Part shown: positions 56,412-64,000 of the stretch, piece by piece
Numbering within the stretch: the first letter of the stretch is position 1
Layout of the letters: every line of letters starts with the position of its first letter
The notes under the pieces: generated by a model
Told to the model about the DNA's origin: nothing
Seen by the model: only the letters and a program-made list of their open reading frames with translations
Databases searched by the model: none
Assembly (NCBI GenBank): GCA_016188005.1
Contig: JACPIQ010000012.1
Span: forward strand, 15,224-79,223
Source: Candidatus Rokuibacteriota bacterium
GTDB taxonomy: Bacteria; Methylomirabilota; Methylomirabilia; Rokubacteriales; CSP1-6
Direction of reading: 5' to 3'
DNA: 64,000 nucleotides
Program-made: the position numbers and the translations under genes

Positions 56412-58544
56412 TCAGCCCTCGTCGGGAGCCTCCTTCCGCCCCACCACCCGCACGTCGATCGCGACTGCACCCTGGCCGTCCTCGAGGGCGATCAGCGGAT
56501 TGATGTCGAGCTCCTCGATCAGGTCACCGGCGGCGAGGGCGAGGTCGGAGAGGCGCAGCGCGGTCTCGACGACGGCCTCCCGATCGCGGCGACACTGACC
56601 GCGGACGCCGTCGAGGACGCGCGCAGCCGCAATCTCGCCGATCATCGTCTCCGCCTCGCGGCGCGACAGCGGCGGCAGACGGTGCGCGACGTCGCGCACC
56701 ACCTCCACCAGCGTCCCGCCCAGCCCGAAGGTCAGCACGCCACCGAACTGAGGATCCCTCGCGATCCCGAGGAGGAGCTCGGTTCCGCCGGTGATCATCT
56801 GCTGGACGAGGAGGCCCTCGACCATGCCGGGGTGGAGCCGCCGCTTGGCGACGTCGAGCAGGTCCGTGGCAGCCTCGCGCACGGCCGCCGCGCCCGCGAG
56901 CCCGATCCGCACCGCGCCGGCATCGCTCTTGTGGCTGAGGGCCGGCGAGAGCAGTTTGACCGCGACCGGGAACCCGATCTCCTCCGCCGTCGCGACCGCC
57001 CCGTCCGGGTCGTCTGTGATCGCCTCGCGAGGTCCAGGTATGCCGGCGTGGAGCAGCACCGCGCGGGCCTCCCGGTACGTCAGGAGATCGCCGCGTGCGA
57101 GCGCGCTCCGGACCAGAGGCGAGAGCGGCGGCACCGGGCGAGTATCCTCGACCGGCGGCGCGGGACGCCCGGCCTGGACGAGGATCTTCAGACCGGCAGC
57201 CATCGCCGGCAGCGTGGTGTAAAGCGGTAACCCCGCCGCGCGGATCACCTCGCGCCCGCCGTCGACCATCGAGCCCCCGAGCCAGCCGATCGCCAGCGGC
57301 TTCCGCGACCCGGGCGCAAAGGCGACGACATCCTCGGCCAGACGCCGCGCGACCGCCGGAGGCAACATCGAGAGCACGAGGGCGATCGCGTCGATGGAAG
57401 CGTCGTTCGCGACCGTCGCGAGCGCCGCGCGAAGCAAGTCTGGCGAGGCGAAGAGCTGCCCGGTCACGTCGACCGGGTTCTGGCAGGCCGCGAACGGCGG
57501 CAAGATCCCGGCGAGCACCGCCACGGTCTCGTCCGAGAGCAATGGGATGTCGAGACCCGCGCGCGCGAAGTGATCGGACGCCAGCACGGAGACGCCACCC
57601 GACCCGGTGATCACGGCCAGCCTGGCTCCGGGTAGCGACATCCCGCGGGAGAGGAGCCGGCAGGCGTCCACCATCTCTTCGATGTCGCCGACGGCGATGA
57701 TGCCTGCCTGCCTGAACGCCGCGCGGTACACCGCGTGGGAGCCGGTGATCGCACCGGTGTGCGAGAGCGCCGCGCGCCGACCCGAACCCGTCTGCCCTGC
57801 CTTCAGGACGACGACCGGCTTGCCGAGGTCACGGGAGAGCCGCCCGATCTTGAAGACCTTGCGCCCGTCTCGAACCCCCTCGATGTATGCGGCCACCACG
57901 CGGGTCCGCTCGTCGAGGAGGAAGGCCTCGATGAAATCGAGGGCCTCGAGGCTCGCCTCGTTGCCGCTCGAGACGAAGAAGCTGAACCCAAGCCCCTCAT
58001 CCTGCATGCGGTTGAACGTAGTGGTGCCCATCGCACCGCTCTGGCTGACGAAGGCGATCGAGCCGGCGAGCAGGTCACCCTCGAGATGAGCCGAGAAGCT
58101 CGCGGTGAGACGCTGCCAGACGTTGATGACGCCGACGGAGTTCGGCCCGCAGAGCAGGATGCCGCGGCACCGGGCGATCGAGGCGATCTCCGCCTGGAGG
58201 CGCGCGCCCTCCGCTCCGGTCTCCGCGAAGCCCGACGACAGGACCACGGCGGCGGGAATGCCGGCGTCCGCGCAACGATCGAGCTCGCGCGGCACCTGCG
58301 CCGCCGGCACGCAGACGACGGCGAGGTCCGGGACCTCCGGCAGACACCCTATGTCGCCGTACGCCGGGAGACCCTGCACCTCGGCCGCGGCGGCGTTGAT
58401 CGGGTAGATCCGGCCGCCGAAGCCGTGGCGCAGCAGATATCGAAGCGGCCGCCCGCTGACCTTCTCGGGATTCGTCGATGCGCCGACGATCGCGACCGAC
58501 CGAGCGTCGAGGAGTGGGCGCAGCCGCGTGGATCGTCCCGTCAC
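56412..58544 (-). CDS. acetate/acyl-CoA synthetase (ADP-forming, NDP-forming; fused alpha-beta)
   Basis: CoA-binding domain (ARSVAIVGAS), CoA-ligase/flavodoxin-like domain and C-terminal ATP-grasp domain. GTG start overlapping the SBP stop (GTGA). Confidence 0.85.
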   Translation of the reverse strand: MTGRSTRLRPLLDARSVAIVGASTNPEKVSGRPLRYLLRHGFGGRIYPINAAAAEVQGLPAYGDIGCLPEVPDLAVVCVPAAQVPRELDRCADAGIPAAVVLSSGFAETGAEGARLQAEIASIARCRGILLCGPNSVGVINVWQRLTASFSAHLEGDLLAGSIAFVSQSGAMGTTTFNRMQDEGLGFSFFVSSGNEASLEALDFIEAFLLDERTRVVAAYIEGVRDGRKVFKIGRLSRDLGKPVVVLKAGQTGSGRRAALSHTGAITGSHAVYRAAFRQAGIIAVGDIEEMVDACRLLSRGMSLPGARLAVITGSGGVSVLASDHFARAGLDIPLLSDETVAVLAGILPPFAACQNPVDVTGQLFASPDLLRAALATVANDASIDAIALVLSMLPPAVARRLAEDVVAFAPGSRKPLAIGWLGGSMVDGGREVIRAAGLPLYTTLPAMAAGLKILVQAGRPAPPVEDTRPVPPLSPLVRSALARGDLLTYREARAVLLHAGIPGPREAITDDPDGAVATAEEIGFPVAVKLLSPALSHKSDAGAVRIGLAGAAAVREAATDLLDVAKRRLHPGMVEGLLVQQMITGGTELLLGIARDPQFGGVLTFGLGGTLVEVVRDVAHRLPPLSRREAETMIGEIAAARVLDGVRGQCRRDREAVVETALRLSDLALAAGDLIEELDINPLIALEDGQGAVAIDVRVVGRKEAPDEG

Positions 58545-60136
58545 TGAGCGATCCACACCTTCGTGTACGTCGTATCGTCGTAGAAGCTCGCCGGGTACTT
58601 GTGGTTCCGCACGCGGCGGTCCTTGTAGAACCAGCCCTGCGGCCAGCCGACGACAACCAGCGGCGGGGCCTCGAGCGTGAGGAGGTGGCGCTGCAGGTTC
58701 CAGTACGCCTTCTTTCGTTTCTCGGCGTCGACCTCGCGGAGGGCTTGGTCGATTAGCTCGGTGGCCTTCGGCTCGGACCACTTGCTGTAGTTGCGACCGC
58801 CCTGAGGCGAGAACAGCAGCGAGAAGACGTCGGCGGGGTTCGACGTCTCCGGCCCGTGGTCCTGCGTCGCGATGAGCTCGAACTCGCCCTTCGCGTAGTT
58901 GGCCCAGCCCACCGCGCTCTCGAGCGACTGGAGCTTCCCGCGCAGCCCGATCCGCCGGAGCTGCGCCAGCACGAGCTGAGCGCGATCGACGTAATCCCCG
59001 CTGACGCGCACCGAGGCGTTGAAGTCGACGCCGCTCGGATAGTGCTTGGCCACGAGCTTCGTGGCCTCCGCGATGTCGGCGTCCTTCGGCTGCCGGCACC
59101 CTGGAAGCCTCCTGACCTCGTCGAGCGGCAGCGCGTAGTCACCGACGAGGTCAGGGTTCAGGACCGCGCACGGCACGGCCGCGCCGTCGAGACCCTTCGC
59201 GACCAGCTCCTGGCGGTCAATCACCAGGTTCACTGCGCGGCGGATGTCGGGGTTGTCGAACGGCGCCTTGCTCAGGTTCATCTGCACGACCGCGATGATG
59301 TTGATCGACACCTGATTCAGCTCGGCTTCCTCGCCGCGCGCCTTCTTCACCTCGTCGGCCTGACTCTTTGTCATGAGCGGCCAGACGGGCGCCATCATCA
59401 CGCGGCCGGTCTTCACCGCCGTGTTCTGCGCCGAAGCATCCTTGAGGATGAAGACCTTGACGCCGTCGAGGTACGGCAGCCCCGGGAGGAAGTAGTGCGG
59501 GTTGCGCTCGAGCTCGAAGAGGTTGCCGCGCACGTACTGCTTGAGCTTGAACGGGCCGGTCCCCACCAGCGCCTCCGGCCGCATCAGGTCGCCGTACTTG
59601 GCGAGGATGTGCCTGGCGGGAACGCGGCACCACGTCGAGGCCATCGACGACACGAACGTGGCCGCGGGGAACTTGAGCTGGAACTTCACGGTGGTCGGGC
59701 TGACGATCTCGACGGCATCGACGATCGGCTTTAGCGCGGCGCCGCAGCGGGGACTGCGAAACGTCGGCTTCAGGATCCGGTCGAACGCCACTTTCACGTC
59801 CTCGCCGCTGAAGGGCGTGCCGTCGTGCCACTTGACGTTCGGGCGGAGCCGGAACGTATACGTCTTAGCGTCGGGCGACACGGTCCAGCTCTCGGCGAGG
59901 TCGCCGACGATCTTCGCCGGGTCGTCCGGGTCATGCTGCAAGAGCCCGCTGAAGACGCCGGCCGTCGCCCACACGAGCTGGCCACCCGACTCCGTCTGGA
60001 AGTCAAGTCGTCCCGGATCGGCGTTGATGAACGTGGTCAGTATGCCGCCCTGTCTCGGCTTCTCCTGCGCCGAGACCTCAACAGCGAGGACGAGCGCGAG
60101 CAATACGACAACAACGATGAGCGACGACCTTTTCAT
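58541..60136 (-). CDS. ABC transporter substrate-binding protein, family 5 (peptide/nickel type)
   Basis: Start MKRSSLIVVVVLLALVLAVEVSA (signal peptide). SBP_bac_5 length and pattern. Confidence 0.85.
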   Translation of the reverse strand: MKRSSLIVVVVLLALVLAVEVSAQEKPRQGGILTTFINADPGRLDFQTESGGQLVWATAGVFSGLLQHDPDDPAKIVGDLAESWTVSPDAKTYTFRLRPNVKWHDGTPFSGEDVKVAFDRILKPTFRSPRCGAALKPIVDAVEIVSPTTVKFQLKFPAATFVSSMASTWCRVPARHILAKYGDLMRPEALVGTGPFKLKQYVRGNLFELERNPHYFLPGLPYLDGVKVFILKDASAQNTAVKTGRVMMAPVWPLMTKSQADEVKKARGEEAELNQVSINIIAVVQMNLSKAPFDNPDIRRAVNLVIDRQELVAKGLDGAAVPCAVLNPDLVGDYALPLDEVRRLPGCRQPKDADIAEATKLVAKHYPSGVDFNASVRVSGDYVDRAQLVLAQLRRIGLRGKLQSLESAVGWANYAKGEFELIATQDHGPETSNPADVFSLLFSPQGGRNYSKWSEPKATELIDQALREVDAEKRKKAYWNLQRHLLTLEAPPLVVVGWPQGWFYKDRRVRNHKYPASFYDDTTYTKVWIAQ

Positions 60137-60193
60137 AGCAGCCTCCCGTTCTCTGACCTCACACGATGCGTCCGCCCTCACGGCAGACGCTTC

Positions 60194-61174
60194 TCACGGT
60201 CCGTGTCGACGCTCACGCCGGGTGCGCGGGTCCGAGAGATCCCGGACGGTGTCCCCGAGCAGGTTCAGGCCCAGCACGGCCACGAAGATGGCGATGGCGG
60301 GGAAGATCAAGAGCCACGGCGCGCGGGCGGCATCGGCCATGCTCGCCGCCAGCATACCGCCCCACGACGGTTCGTCGAGAGGGATCCCGACGCCGAGGAA
60401 GCTCAACGACGCCTCGACCACCACCGCGTACCCCATGTTGATGGTGAAGAGCACGATGTAGATGCTGAGGCAGTTCGGAACGATGTGCCGGCAGACGATT
60501 CGCGCGCGGGAGCAGCCGATCCCTCGGGCTGCCTCTACGAAAGCCGTTTCCCTCATGGAGAGGACAATCGGGCGCACCGTGCGGATCGCGGTAGGAGCGA
60601 GCAGGGTTCCGAGCGCCAGGATCACGTTGTTCGTGGACTGCCCGACGGCCGCCATGATCGAGAGCGCCAGCACGATCGGCGGCAGGGCCATGAGCGTGTC
60701 GACGCAGCGTTGGGTGAGCGTGTCGACGAACCCGCCGATGTAGGCCGTAACGATGCCCCACAGCGTCCCGAGCGTGATCGACACGCCGACCGAGATCACG
60801 CCCACGTAGAGGGTGATCCGCGCGCCCCAGATAAGGCGGCTCAGGATGTCGCGCCCGAGCTTGTCTGTCCCCAGCAGCGCGCCGGAGCCCGGCGCGCGGT
60901 AGGACGCGAGCGCCGTGTCGTTCGGCGGGTACGGCGCGAGCTGAGGCGCGAAGATCGCGGTCGCGACCAGCCCAAGGACAATCACGCCGCTCGCGACCGC
61001 CATCGGCTCGCGGAGGACCGCCGGCGCCGCCGCCATCGTGCGGCGGACCGTCGTGTGCCCGCTCAGGAGCAGCGCCCGCACGCCTCCTGCCGAGGAACCG
61101 ACGAGCACCGATGGCGACCGGGCGCTCACGTCAGGTGTAGCGGACTCGTGGGTCGAGCCGCGCGTAGAGCACAT
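60194..61174 (-). CDS. ABC transporter permease (DppC/OppC-like)
   Basis: BPD_transp_1 EAA-like region and 6 TM. The true start is probably internal (~61036-61100). Confidence 0.75.
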   Translation of the reverse strand: MCSTRGSTHESATPDVSARSPSVLVGSSAGGVRALLLSGHTTVRRTMAAAPAVLREPMAVASGVIVLGLVATAIFAPQLAPYPPNDTALASYRAPGSGALLGTDKLGRDILSRLIWGARITLYVGVISVGVSITLGTLWGIVTAYIGGFVDTLTQRCVDTLMALPPIVLALSIMAAVGQSTNNVILALGTLLAPTAIRTVRPIVLSMRETAFVEAARGIGCSRARIVCRHIVPNCLSIYIVLFTINMGYAVVVEASLSFLGVGIPLDEPSWGGMLAASMADAARAPWLLIFPAIAIFVAVLGLNLLGDTVRDLSDPRTRRERRHGP

Positions 61175-62129
61175 CCACGGTGAGCGTGATGGCCAGGAAC
61201 GCCAGCGCCATGAAGGCGACCACGCCCTGAAGCAGCGGGTAGTCGCGGTACTGGACCGCCTGCATCAGGGTGGAGCCGAGGCCCGGCACCGAGAAGATCG
61301 TCTCGACGATGACGAGGCCGCCGAGCAGCCGGCCTCCCCACCAGCCGATGAACGTGATCACTGGCAGGATCGCGTTGGCGAACGCGTGGCGGTAGACGAC
61401 GATGAGCTCGCCCAGGCCTTTGGCGCGCGCGGTGCGCACGAAGTCCTCGCCCAGCACCCCGAGAACCTGCGACCGCGTGAGGCGCGAGATCGGCGCGCCG
61501 ATGTAGAACGCCTGCGCCAGCACCGGCCACACGAACTGCTTCAGGTTCTCGGTGGGGCTCGTCGAAAAGCTCACAAACTCGATGGGCGGCGACCAGCCGA
61601 ACAGCCCCACCAGGAGGAAGAGCATCAGGACGCCGCTCAGGAAGATCGGCAGCGCGAGGCCGCACACGCTCACCAGCCGCGCGACGACGTCCGCCCAGCG
61701 GTTCTGGTGGGTCGCCGCCACGACGCCCGACGGGACCGCCCATACCACGGCCACCAGCAAGGTCAGCACCGCCAGCTCGAGCGAGCGCGGCACCCGCTCG
61801 GCGAGGATGTCGAACACCGGGCGGCGCTGCGTGTACGAGTACCCGAGGTCGCCGCGGACGGCGCCGCCGAGCCAGTCGACGTACTGCATCAGGATCGGCC
61901 GGTGGAGACCGAGCTCAGCCCGGAGCTGCTGGACTTGCTTCCGCTGGACCTCGCTTGCTTCCGTTCCTGCCTGGAAGACGAGGATCTCCGCGATGTCGCC
62001 CGGCACCACGCGCATCAGCACGAAGATCAGCAGCGAGGCGCCGAGCAGCGACGGCACGAAGAGCGACAGGCGCCGGAGGACGTACGTCAGCACGCCGCCT
62101 GCTTCGCCACGAGGTGGACGACCTCGCAC
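61131..62129 (-). CDS. ABC transporter permease (DppB/OppB-like)
   Basis: VLTYVLRRLSLF typical N-terminus (start probably ~62090). 6 TM. Confidence 0.8.
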   Translation of the reverse strand: MRGRPPRGEAGGVLTYVLRRLSLFVPSLLGASLLIFVLMRVVPGDIAEILVFQAGTEASEVQRKQVQQLRAELGLHRPILMQYVDWLGGAVRGDLGYSYTQRRPVFDILAERVPRSLELAVLTLLVAVVWAVPSGVVAATHQNRWADVVARLVSVCGLALPIFLSGVLMLFLLVGLFGWSPPIEFVSFSTSPTENLKQFVWPVLAQAFYIGAPISRLTRSQVLGVLGEDFVRTARAKGLGELIVVYRHAFANAILPVITFIGWWGGRLLGGLVIVETIFSVPGLGSTLMQAVQYRDYPLLQGVVAFMALAFLAITLTVDVLYARLDPRVRYT

Positions 62130-62530
62130 TCGACGACCGCTTCGCCGCCCTGGTTCAGGCAGGTGCTCCGGTGGACGACGATGCCGCGGCCGCCGGTGCG
62201 GCTCTCACGCTTCTCCACGATCTCCATCATGACGTGAATGGTGTCCCCCGCCATCACCGGCCTCAGGAACTTCACGGCCCTGAACCCGACGAGGCGGGTG
62301 GCGGGCTCCCACTCGAACGCCTGCTCTTCGAGTCCGCCCATCATCATGAGGACCGTGCGCGCGGGGGCGATGAAGCCCGCGGCGCCGGTGGCCCGCGCGC
62401 TCTCCACATCGTTGAAGATCGGGACCGTCATCCCGGCGAGGCCGACGCAGAGCGTGATCGCCGTCTCGGTGATGGTCTTCCGCCGCGTCTCGAACCCATG
62501 GCCGACCTCCAGGTCGTCGTAGAACCTCAC
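62087..62530 (-). CDS. MaoC-like hot-dog dehydratase
   Basis: 147 aa hot-dog fold. Confidence 0.75.
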   Translation of the reverse strand: MRFYDDLEVGHGFETRRKTITETAITLCVGLAGMTVPIFNDVESARATGAAGFIAPARTVLMMMGGLEEQAFEWEPATRLVGFRAVKFLRPVMAGDTIHVMMEIVEKRESRTGGRGIVVHRSTCLNQGGEAVVECEVVHLVAKQAAC

Positions 62531-62533
62531 GGC

Positions 62534-63085
62534 CTACGCCTCGCCCCGGCTCCGGAGCCCCTGCGCGTACGACCAGCCCTCCGCCGCGGCGCGCCGGTTC
62601 ACGGCGAGGAGCCGGCTCGGTGTTCGCGCCTCGATCGCGCGCTCGACGTGCTCGAGTGTGGCGACGCCGGTCAGCGCCGCCACAACGGCGACGCACGCCA
62701 TGTTCGCCGCCTTGGCCGCCCCCGCGCGCTCCGCCATGGCCACCGCGGGGAGCGAGACCACGCGCCGCCCGGCCGCGTCGCGCTCGGGCACCCGCGCCGG
62801 ATCGGCGAGCACGAGCGCGTCGTCCGCCGTGCGGCTCGCGAAGTGATTGAAGGACCGTTGGGTGAGCGCCACCAGCACGTGTGGCCGGACGCCCCACGGG
62901 AAGGCCAGCTCGCTGTCGCTCACGATCACGTCGGCGTACGAAGGGCCCCCGACGATGACCGGCGCGTAGAACTGCGACTGCGACACGTGATGGCCGGCGT
63001 GGACACCGGCTGCTTCCGCCAGAACGATGCCGGCAATGACGAGCCCCTGTCCTCCATCTCCGGCGAACCGCACCTCGGTGCGCAT
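62534..63085 (-). CDS. 2-oxoacid:ferredoxin oxidoreductase gamma subunit (POR family)
   Basis: Start MRTEVRFAGDGGQGLVIAGIVLAEAA (PF01558 pattern). Confidence 0.75.
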   Translation of the reverse strand: MRTEVRFAGDGGQGLVIAGIVLAEAAGVHAGHHVSQSQFYAPVIVGGPSYADVIVSDSELAFPWGVRPHVLVALTQRSFNHFASRTADDALVLADPARVPERDAAGRRVVSLPAVAMAERAGAAKAANMACVAVVAALTGVATLEHVERAIEARTPSRLLAVNRRAAAEGWSYAQGLRSRGEA

Positions 63086-63089
63086 GGCC

Positions 63090-63971
63090 TCACCCCCTGG
63101 CCGCGGCGCCCGCCCGGTCGGCGAGCTTCGCTGCGGTGGCGGAATACATCTCGACGAACTCCGGCTTGTGCTGCTCGTGCAACACGCCGATCTCCCACTT
63201 CCCGCTGTCCGGGCCAACCCGCCCGGATGTCTCCGGCGTCACGCGTACGGTGTTCTCCTTGAAGTGCCGGAGCCACTGCGTGGCCTCGGGCATGCCGTTG
63301 CGCTTGCCGTAGAGCACGTGGCAGTGCTGCAGCGCCTCCACCACCGAGAAGCCCTTATGACGGATCGCGCGCTCCAGCATGTTCGTCATATGCACGGCGT
63401 GGTACGACGTGCTGCGCGCGACGAACGTGGCTCCCGCCCCGATCGCCAGGCGACAGGCGTCGAATGGGTACTCGAAGCAGCCGGCGGGCGACGTCTCGGT
63501 CATCCCGCCGAGCGGCGTCGACGGGCCGTACTGCCCTCCGGTGTTGGCGTAGCCGAAGTTGTTGACGATCAGGACGGTGATGTCGATGTTCCGGCGGGCT
63601 GCGTGGATGAAGTGGCTCGCGCCTATGGCGAGCGCGTCGCCGTCGCCCTGGATCGTGATGACCGTCAGCTTCGGGTTCGCGAGCTTCAGGCCGATGCCGA
63701 CGGCGCACGCGCGGCCATGGGCGCCGTGGATGTGGCTGCTCTGGAAGTACTCCCCCATGATTCCGTAGCAGCCGCTCCCGCCCACCGTGACCACGGAGCC
63801 GAGATCGAGCTCGAGCCGGTACATCGCGCGGGCGAGCGCCGACTGCACGATGCCGAGCCCGCAGCCCGGACAGTACCGTAACGTCTCGCCGGCCTCGGCA
63901 TCCGGCAGCCGCGCGGTCGCGCGGGCCAGTTCGTCCATCGGGATCGCCATCGTCCTCGTCGTCGCCATCAC
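63090..63971 (-). CDS. 2-oxoacid:ferredoxin oxidoreductase beta subunit (ThDP-binding)
   Basis: CPGCG...GxGC and GDGD ThDP motif (TIQGDGDALAIGASHFIHAARRNIDITVLIVNN). Confidence 0.85.
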   Translation of the reverse strand: MMATTRTMAIPMDELARATARLPDAEAGETLRYCPGCGLGIVQSALARAMYRLELDLGSVVTVGGSGCYGIMGEYFQSSHIHGAHGRACAVGIGLKLANPKLTVITIQGDGDALAIGASHFIHAARRNIDITVLIVNNFGYANTGGQYGPSTPLGGMTETSPAGCFEYPFDACRLAIGAGATFVARSTSYHAVHMTNMLERAIRHKGFSVVEALQHCHVLYGKRNGMPEATQWLRHFKENTVRVTPETSGRVGPDSGKWEIGVLHEQHKPEFVEMYSATAAKLADRAGAAARG

Positions 63972-64000
63972 CGAGCCCTCCCAACCGGCGCGTCGAGCGC
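63969..64000 (-). CDS. partial 3' end of upstream gene, probably oxidoreductase alpha subunit (truncated by window edge)
   Basis: The open frame ends in TGA overlapping the beta-subunit GTG/ATG start. Only ~10 codons are visible. Confidence 0.2.

Noticed and set aside
1-64000. CRISPR arrays, rRNA or tRNA genes
   Set aside because: No regularly spaced short direct repeats and no rRNA/tRNA-like conserved stretches were noticed. The only repeats are the two MITE-like copies and the two 126-bp junction repeats.

Overview
This is a high-GC (~68-70%), densely coding bacterial chromosomal segment with no rRNA, tRNA or CRISPR arrays visible. Housekeeping and catabolic genes dominate. There is a sigma-54 two-component pair and an acyl-CoA dehydrogenase pair with a CoA-transferase. 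At least six luciferase-like (LLM, F420/FMN-type) oxidoreductases are present, plus gamma-glutamyltranspeptidase, a PduO-type corrinoid adenosyltransferase and a MoxR/DUF58/transglutaminase triad. Further on are a TAXI-TRAP system with a UbiD decarboxylase and an acyl-CoA ligase, an FmdA/PPOX pair, and a peptide-type ABC importer with an ADP-forming acyl-CoA synthetase and 2-oxoacid:ferredoxin oxidoreductase subunits. The gene content suggests an F420-using Actinobacteria/Rokubacteria/Chloroflexi-like organism. The most notable feature is a ~19.5 kb insertion (about 18.16-37.64 kb) that splits a MoxR-DUF58-transglutaminase operon. It is bounded by ~126-bp direct repeats derived from the 5' end of the DUF58 gene and carries an IS-type (rve) transposase remnant. 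The insertion encodes a complete bacterial microcompartment shell set (2 BMC-T, 2 BMC-H, 1 BMC-P) in one long minus-strand operon. That operon also holds three LLM oxidoreductases, two amidohydrolase_2 (ACMSD-family) enzymes, two complete TRAP transporters and an acetyl-CoA hydrolase/transferase. It faces a divergent tandem-duplicated Lrp/AsnC regulator, and no aldehyde dehydrogenase or phosphotransacylase is present, so this is a candidate undescribed metabolosome type. Other points worth a second look are two copies of a ~145-bp palindromic MITE-like element bracketing a small helix-hairpin-helix (HhH) protein gene, an HExxH-domain/DinB-domain fusion, a DUF4258/DUF2283 toxin-antitoxin pair, and several internally deleted gene remnants. 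Coordinates of internal starts and non-coding elements that I derived myself are approximate (+/- a few bp).
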